This document shows, piece after piece, positions 26,168-32,000 of a stretch of DNA of 32,000 nucleotides. The position numbers and the translations under genes were made by a program. The DNA comes from Staphylothermus marinus F1 (GTDB taxonomy: Archaea; Thermoproteota; Thermoprotei_A; Sulfolobales; Desulfurococcaceae), in the NCBI RefSeq assembly GCF_000015945.1, contig NC_009033.1:1380001-1412000 (forward strand). The letters are read 5' to 3'. Position 1 is the stretch's first letter, and every line of letters starts with the position of its first letter. The notes below the pieces were generated by a model that was not told the origin of the DNA, searched no databases, and saw only the letters and a program-made list of their open reading frames with translations.

Positions 26168-27028
26168 ATGGAAGACTACATTATTGGCGGAATATATGTT
26201 ATAGAGCCTACTAGCCCTAAGCTAGCGTCTTTGTTCAAAGCCAAAAAAATATTTGTAACAGAAAAGACTCCTTACCAAGAAATAATGCTTGCAGAAATAG
26301 AAGATTTTGGAAGAGCATTAATCATAGATAATCTTATTCAGAGTACTGAGAGAGACGAATATATTTATCACGAATCATTAGTGCACCCAGCTATGGTTCT
26401 ACATCCAAATCCCAGAAAAGTATTAATCATAGGAGGAGGAGAGGGGGCAACTCTTAGAGAAGTACTTAAACATAAAACTGTTGAGGAAGCTGTAATGGTG
26501 GATATTGATGAGAAAGTTGTTGAGTTCTCGAAAAAATATCTCGAATATATGCATCAGGGAAGCTTCTACGATAAGAGAGCAAAAGTAATCATAATGGATG
26601 GGCAAAAATATGTTAGAGAATCTCCGGATAACTACTACGACGTAGTAATTCTTGATCTAACAGATCCATACGCAGGAGAAGCAGCTAAACCATTGTATTC
26701 CGAAAAGTTTTACCGAGAAATACATAGAATACTTAGAGAGGATGGAGTAGTAGTTACTCAAGCGGGTAATAGTTTCTATTATAGAGAAGCATATGATTAT
26801 GTATATAATAATTTGTCCAAGGTATTTCCTCAAGTAGTGGAGTACTGGGTGTGGATTCCAAGCTTCACATATACATGCAACTTTATTTTAGGATCAAAAA
26901 TATATGACCCAAGAAAAATGAGTGAAGAAGAAGTAGACAAAATACTTTCGGATAGAGGAGTGAAAACAAAGTTCTTAAACGGTAAAAGATTCATTGGCTT
27001 ATTGAAGCTAGGCATTATTAAGGGATAG
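26168..27028 (+). CDS. speE: Spermidine synthase / polyamine aminopropyltransferase
   Basis: VLIIGGGEGATLREVLKH (SAM-fold glycine loop), VDIDEKVVEF and DVVILDLTDP. Start chosen at ATG 26168 (MEDYIIGG). The ORF-track extension back to 25997 is antisense to the RNA ligase gene. Confidence 0.9.
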   Translation: MEDYIIGGIYVIEPTSPKLASLFKAKKIFVTEKTPYQEIMLAEIEDFGRALIIDNLIQSTERDEYIYHESLVHPAMVLHPNPRKVLIIGGGEGATLREVLKHKTVEEAVMVDIDEKVVEFSKKYLEYMHQGSFYDKRAKVIIMDGQKYVRESPDNYYDVVILDLTDPYAGEAAKPLYSEKFYREIHRILREDGVVVTQAGNSFYYREAYDYVYNNLSKVFPQVVEYWVWIPSFTYTCNFILGSKIYDPRKMSEEEVDKILSDRGVKTKFLNGKRFIGLLKLGIIKG

Positions 27029-27049
27029 ATTTAGAAGTGATGTATTCAA

Positions 27050-27769
27050 ATGAAGAAGATTATCGAATTAGTCGGGGTCAAAAAACTATATAGAGTAGGA
27101 GAAGTAGTCACGTGGGGTCTGAGAGGAGTAAATTTAACCGTATACGGGGGAGAATTTGTATCAATAATGGGTCCAAGCGGTTCAGGTAAAACAACCCTAC
27201 TAAACATGATTGGATTACTAGACCACCCCACTGAAGGAAAAATACTAATAGACGGCGTAGATGTTTCAAAACTAAAATCAAAACAACTAGCTCGCATACG
27301 TAATATGAAAATAGGTTTTGTATTTCAAACATTTAACCTCATTAATAGATTAACAGTTCTCGAAAATATCGAGTTACCTTTAATCGTTAGGAAGATCCCT
27401 AGGAAAAAAAGAATAGAAAAAGTTAAAAAAGCATTATTAATGGCTGGTGGAGATCTATCATGGCTACCTAAACATCCAAACCAGCTTAGCGGTGGACAAC
27501 AACAGAGAGTAGCTATTGCTAGAGCACTAGTAGGTGATCCAGAGATAATATTAGCGGATGAACCCACTGGAAACCTAGATAGAAAATCAGCTAAGTCAAT
27601 TGTTAAAACATTTATAGATCTTAATAGTAGAGGACAAACAATCATAGTGGTAACACATGATCCCGAAGTAGCTAATTGTACACAGAAAATATATATTTTA
27701 AGAGATGGAATAATCGTAGGCGAAGAAAAACCCATGCCTGAAAAATGTATTATTCAAACTGTAAAGTGA
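27050..27769 (+). CDS. ABC transporter ATP-binding protein, MacB/LolD-type (COG1136-like)
   Basis: Walker A GPSGSGKTTLLN, Q-loop FVFQTFNL, signature LSGGQQQRVAIARAL, Walker B ILADEPTGNLD, H-loop VVTHD. Confidence 0.9.
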   Translation: MKKIIELVGVKKLYRVGEVVTWGLRGVNLTVYGGEFVSIMGPSGSGKTTLLNMIGLLDHPTEGKILIDGVDVSKLKSKQLARIRNMKIGFVFQTFNLINRLTVLENIELPLIVRKIPRKKRIEKVKKALLMAGGDLSWLPKHPNQLSGGQQQRVAIARALVGDPEIILADEPTGNLDRKSAKSIVKTFIDLNSRGQTIIVVTHDPEVANCTQKIYILRDGIIVGEEKPMPEKCIIQTVK

Positions 27770-27845
27770 GAAATTAATTAACTTGATATAGAATATATCA
27801 TTACCGATACAATAAGATAGTAAAGAAATATTAGGCGGGATAAAA

Positions 27846-30800
27846 ATGAAATTAGTGTTCAGACTTATTTCAATTATTATACTAATATCGATATTTCTCT
27901 CAATGTATCCTATATTTCATATCGGAAACACTACTAACAGTCTATATAGTTATTTTGAAATTAAAAACGTAAAATTTAGATCATCCACGGGCGGAGATGT
28001 TTACCCAGGAAGTAGAAACGCTGTCTTGCTCGTAGATGCTATGTATTATTCTAATTCAACGATTAATGCTTCAAATATTTATTCATGCATCGATCTTCCA
28101 GAAGGATTTTCCGTAGTTACTAGTAGTTGTAGTATTGCTAGAGATTTTGATGGGAACATTGTTGAGAAGGTTTCGCCAGGCGAAATGGTTAGGTTTCAAT
28201 TCGGCGTAGATGTAGATAAAAATGTTTCTCCAGGAACATACTCGTTTAACATAAATATAACTTATACATTCAACAATACATTAATGTCGGAGCAACATGT
28301 AGTCGTTGTTGAAGTAAAACCATATCCTCGCTTATCTATATCGTTTAGAGACTCCTATTTTACACCATACGGGTATCCGGGTGCTAACCCCGTAACCTTG
28401 GTTATAGAGCTTGAAAACACTGGTAATTCTACAATTAGGTATGCTGATGTAAAAGTTGAATTACCAAGCTTTATTGAAATAAATAATCCGAGAACATCTA
28501 TATCAAATATTCCTCCAAATCAAGTATTCACTATATCACTAAATAATCTAGCAATATCACCTAATGCTAGGCCAGGAAAATATGTTGGCTACCTAAATAT
28601 TTCTGCACAAATGATAACTAGTGATGGAGTAGTATATAATGATAATATTATGTTCCAATTCAACATAACTATTGAGAGAGCTCCTCCATATAACTACTCC
28701 ATACTAGATTATGGATTATCAACAAACCATCCATTACCAGGCAGTAGGAATACAAGATTCTACGTGTTAATGCAAAGCATTGATGCATCAACTATTGATA
28801 CATTAGTGGCAAAAGTAACTATTAATAACGGGTATTTTATGAATGGCTCCAATACCGAGGTAGTAGTGATTAGAGGTCCAATCAACTATGGAGACACCTT
28901 CACCCTTACAACAGACCCTATAAGTATAATTAATAGTGCTTCACATATTATTGTAGAGATAATGTTCAATGGGTTAATAGTTGATAATGGTGCTTCCTAC
29001 TGGGTTAACTGGTCGAATACCTTCTATGTCAAACTAAACTATACGCTTCCAAAAATAGATGTATTCGATGTCTACTGGAGTAATAACAAGGTTTACCCAG
29101 GCTCGATTGATCAAGATCTGAGGGTTATAATGGTAAATAATGATTACTCAGACGTGGTTGATGGAGTAGCAATATTGAGTTTTGAAGAAGATATTTTCTA
29201 TCCTCAATCAATAGTGGTTGATAATGTAGTAATTCCAAGCAATTCTTATACTACACTAACATTTTCCCCGATAGACATATCAAATAATGCTAGACCTGGA
29301 AACTATACTGCGAAGCTATCATTATTTCTCCTATTAAGAAATAATGATGGATCATATTCTAATATTGTAATGAATTATACATTAATAATACAAGTTAGCG
29401 ACCCATATATCGACCCCATAAATATATTGAATTATCATTGGGGAGGAGGAAAAGCATATTCCGGAGAAAAAGGAGCTTCGCTTAATATTTTGGAGCAAGT
29501 AGTTACCGATACAACTATTGATAAAATATATGCAGTAATATATTATCCCAATGGAATAACCTCGGAGAATACCGGTGATAACTATGATACATATATTGTT
29601 AATAACCCATTAACATACGGAGATATTTTCAGCCTTAACTATAATGCTATAAATATCTCAAGCAACATTACTGGAACAACATATATTGTACTAAAACAAT
29701 CAATGCTGGTAACAATTGATGGAAGCCAAACTTGGCTTAACAAGACATATGTTATCATATTAACTATATCCGAACCAGCATTAAACATTACATTAATAGA
29801 TAAGGGATGGACAACAGATACTATATCTCCATCCGCTGACAATGTTGGATTATATTTAACATTTCAAAGCTTCTCACAAGATACCATACGCGAAGTTATT
29901 TTCAAGCTATACTTGCCAAACAAGGTATATGGTCCTAATGGTGAAAAAGAAATAATTAGAGTTATAAATAACAATATTAATTATCTCCAAGCATTCACAG
30001 TTACATTCAACGGTTTAAACCTCGATAATATTGAATCTGATCATCTAGTATTTAACCTCTCAATCAATGCAGTCATGGAGCATGAGAACGGTGTATATGA
30101 AGCTAATAAGTCTATAACAGTATTTTTAAGTATTAATTCACCATTTAAACCCTTGATAGTATTGGGTGTGAGAACAACTTATCAAGGACAACCATCACCT
30201 CTGCTACCAAACAGTAATGGTGAAGCCATTAGTTTTGTATTATTAAACAATTTCAGAAACACAATTAGCTCCCTAAAAGCCGAACTGGAATCTCCTAGTG
30301 GAATAGAAGTTATTGGTTCTAATACTCAGTTCATAAATAATTTGCTAAGTGGATCCTCCACAACAATATCATATATGTTAAGAGTAGGGAATATTACACC
30401 AGGAACTTATACGTTAAAACTGAATATTGAAATGATCATTGATAGTAATGGTGCTTTAGTAAGACAGGATCAAACAATCTATTATAATATAACAATAGAA
30501 GATCCTTCAAAATATGTTTCTAGAATACTGCTTATTAGAAGCTATTGGGGAACAACCACTCCCTCCACCATATATCCTGGTGATAAGAAAGCACCATTAA
30601 CACTAACATTTCTCAACATAGGTGAATACACAGTATATGCTTTTAGATCAAAGTTGATACCCATGGATAAATCAATAAAAGTTTTAAATAATGATCAAGT
30701 TTGCAACACGCTAGCTGTTGGTTCAACATGTACTGTTACATTTTATTTAGATCTACAAAATACATCTGCTGGAATGAAAGAGTTTATTGTTAAAACTAGT

Positions 30801-32000
30801 TATCTCCAAGGAATATATGGATCATACAATAACATAGAGAAAGAATATAATATAAAATTAGATCTGCCAAGCTTTAATGCACAAATTAATAATAGTAGTA
30901 TATACTTGGTTTCAAGTGGTTGGAATAATAATTGGCCTGTATATCCTAGATCGGAGAAAACAATTTACACAGTTACACTAGCTAATCTCGAACCATACAG
31001 TATAGGCTCAATAGTAGTGAAAATATTGCCTCCAAACAATATAGTACCCCACAACACATATGATGATACATACTATGTTGAGGGACCAATACCATCTCTA
31101 CAAACATTCACTGCATCATTTACACTTGATGTTGGAGACATTGATCCAGGAATATATGATGCAAAAATCATTGTTGATTATTATGTGTATGCAAATAATG
31201 GAGGATATAGGAAATCCATAATTATTCCAGTAGTATTAGAAGTAAAGGATCCCGAAAAAGCATTAACAACTATACAGTATGGTTGGCTCGGAGGCCAGCC
31301 CCCATTAGTAATTCATGGTGCAACCTATTACTTCATTATTAGAAACAATGAGATACCATCAATGAATGGCATATACTTTACTGGAGTACTACCAGAGAAT
31401 ATAACATACTCAATAACGGACACTAGACTAGTAAATGTGACGCCACAAGTAATAATACCATCTATTCAGGCATCACAGAATCTTCAACAACAACTAGCTA
31501 CATTTCTTATACAACAATCAATGCCTTCGAGACAATCGGCTGGCTTAGGAGATTATTTATCGTTTACACTAAAACTAAACCTTAACTTGTCAAAACCCTA
31601 TTATTCCAAAATACATGGAGCAATAAACTTCATCGATCACTGGGGCAGTGTACATGTAATCAATATATCAATACCCTTCATAGTTGTAGGTAAACCATTA
31701 GAAATAGATATTCTACCTAAAACTCCTCTAATAGTGTTCGATAATGGTACTGGATACATTGATTTAGTCATCGATAACCCAAGTAAAAACATTATTTATG
31801 ATACTTACATACTACTTATACCAGCATCCATGAACGCTATACCGCTAGACAATATTAAATACATAGGCACAATTCTAAGCCAAACAAACAAAACAATTAG
31901 ATACATGATAATCTATAATCCAGTATCTATAAGCTATGGAGGAGCATCAGTATCTTCTCTAACAGTCTCGTTTAGAGCCAACATAATATATAGAGATATT
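27846..32000 (+). CDS. Giant secreted or surface-anchored protein of tandem CARDB/COG1361-like (S-layer-domain-like) beta-sandwich modules; 3' end outside the window
   Basis: Not in the supplied ORF track. An in-frame TAA lies at 27813-27815 and the first ATG at 27846. I read every codon to base 32000 and found no stop (1385 codons). N-terminal signal/anchor MKLVFRLISIIILISIFLSMYPIF. Recurring module motifs are VYPGS near module starts and (S/T/D)PG.Y / NARPG(K/N)Y near module ends. N-x-S/T sequons are very dense. Confidence 0.85.
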   Translation, partial: MKLVFRLISIIILISIFLSMYPIFHIGNTTNSLYSYFEIKNVKFRSSTGGDVYPGSRNAVLLVDAMYYSNSTINASNIYSCIDLPEGFSVVTSSCSIARDFDGNIVEKVSPGEMVRFQFGVDVDKNVSPGTYSFNINITYTFNNTLMSEQHVVVVEVKPYPRLSISFRDSYFTPYGYPGANPVTLVIELENTGNSTIRYADVKVELPSFIEINNPRTSISNIPPNQVFTISLNNLAISPNARPGKYVGYLNISAQMITSDGVVYNDNIMFQFNITIERAPPYNYSILDYGLSTNHPLPGSRNTRFYVLMQSIDASTIDTLVAKVTINNGYFMNGSNTEVVVIRGPINYGDTFTLTTDPISIINSASHIIVEIMFNGLIVDNGASYWVNWSNTFYVKLNYTLPKIDVFDVYWSNNKVYPGSIDQDLRVIMVNNDYSDVVDGVAILSFEEDIFYPQSIVVDNVVIPSNSYTTLTFSPIDISNNARPGNYTAKLSLFLLLRNNDGSYSNIVMNYTLIIQVSDPYIDPINILNYHWGGGKAYSGEKGASLNILEQVVTDTTIDKIYAVIYYPNGITSENTGDNYDTYIVNNPLTYGDIFSLNYNAINISSNITGTTYIVLKQSMLVTIDGSQTWLNKTYVIILTISEPALNITLIDKGWTTDTISPSADNVGLYLTFQSFSQDTIREVIFKLYLPNKVYGPNGEKEIIRVINNNINYLQAFTVTFNGLNLDNIESDHLVFNLSINAVMEHENGVYEANKSITVFLSINSPFKPLIVLGVRTTYQGQPSPLLPNSNGEAISFVLLNNFRNTISSLKAELESPSGIEVIGSNTQFINNLLSGSSTTISYMLRVGNITPGTYTLKLNIEMIIDSNGALVRQDQTIYYNITIEDPSKYVSRILLIRSYWGTTTPSTIYPGDKKAPLTLTFLNIGEYTVYAFRSKLIPMDKSIKVLNNDQVCNTLAVGSTCTVTFYLDLQNTSAGMKEFIVKTSYLQGIYGSYNNIEKEYNIKLDLPSFNAQINNSSIYLVSSGWNNNWPVYPRSEKTIYTVTLANLEPYSIGSIVVKILPPNNIVPHNTYDDTYYVEGPIPSLQTFTASFTLDVGDIDPGIYDAKIIVDYYVYANNGGYRKSIIIPVVLEVKDPEKALTTIQYGWLGGQPPLVIHGATYYFIIRNNEIPSMNGIYFTGVLPENITYSITDTRLVNVTPQVIIPSIQASQNLQQQLATFLIQQSMPSRQSAGLGDYLSFTLKLNLNLSKPYYSKIHGAINFIDHWGSVHVINISIPFIVVGKPLEIDILPKTPLIVFDNGTGYIDLVIDNPSKNIIYDTYILLIPASMNAIPLDNIKYIGTILSQTNKTIRYMIIYNPVSISYGGASVSSLTVSFRANIIYRDI

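Noticed and set aside
27046-27735. Minus-strand ORFs 27046..27297, 27108..27332 and 27325..27735
   Set aside because: They are antisense to the ABC ATPase gene, which carries all canonical ABC motifs.
27846-32000. Giant ORF as the tetrabrachion S-layer protein
   Set aside because: Tetrabrachion is dominated by a long C-terminal heptad-repeat coiled-coil stalk. No heptad or coiled-coil character appears in the 1385 residues visible here, which are beta-type repeat modules throughout.
1-32000. CRISPR arrays, transposases or integrases, rRNA or tRNA genes, prophage-like blocks
   Set aside because: I saw no regularly spaced direct repeats, no recognisable transposase, integrase or Cas motifs in any listed ORF, and no long GC-rich stretches other than the 68-nt island. 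Absence is judged by eye only.

Overview
AT-rich, tightly packed window with coding on both strands. It looks like a hyperthermophilic crenarchaeon, Desulfurococcales-like and possibly Staphylothermus-like. That inference rests on a Sulfolobus-type single-OB SSB, a giant pyrolysin/STABLE-like S8 protease, leaderless-style promoters and frequent gene overlaps. I support about 31 protein genes.

Genes I recognise:
- a DHH/DHHA1 phosphoesterase, truncated at the left edge
- a ~1345-aa secreted S8 protease
- a RavA-like AAA+ ATPase with a VWA partner
- a DUF123 GIY-YIG protein, SSB, and a PqqD-like small protein
- an MFS-like membrane protein, a second membrane protein, and an anchored transglutaminase-like protease
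- a thiolase, an acyl-CoA carboxyltransferase and a convergent biotin carrier protein
- a translationally coupled unknown/YkgJ CxxCxxCC/CPA2 antiporter trio
- a DUF72/NSUN m5C RNA methyltransferase/Nip7-like PUA operon
- an Rnl3-type RNA ligase with two unknown genes downstream of it
- spermidine synthase and a MacB/LolD-type ABC ATPase

The most striking item is absent from the supplied ORF track. A single open reading frame starts at 27846 and is still open at base 32000 (at least 1385 codons). It encodes a signal-anchored protein rich in N-glycosylation sequons, built from at least 10-11 tandem CARDB/COG1361-like beta-sandwich modules, and it sits directly behind the ABC ATPase.

Two candidate non-coding RNAs are proposed. 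One is a 68-nt island of ~75% GC that folds as an extended hairpin upstream of the biotin carrier gene. The other is a 61-nt C/D-box-like element upstream of the AAA+ gene.

I could find no rRNA, tRNA, CRISPR array, transposase or integrase. All functional calls come from motifs read by eye, and no database search was run.
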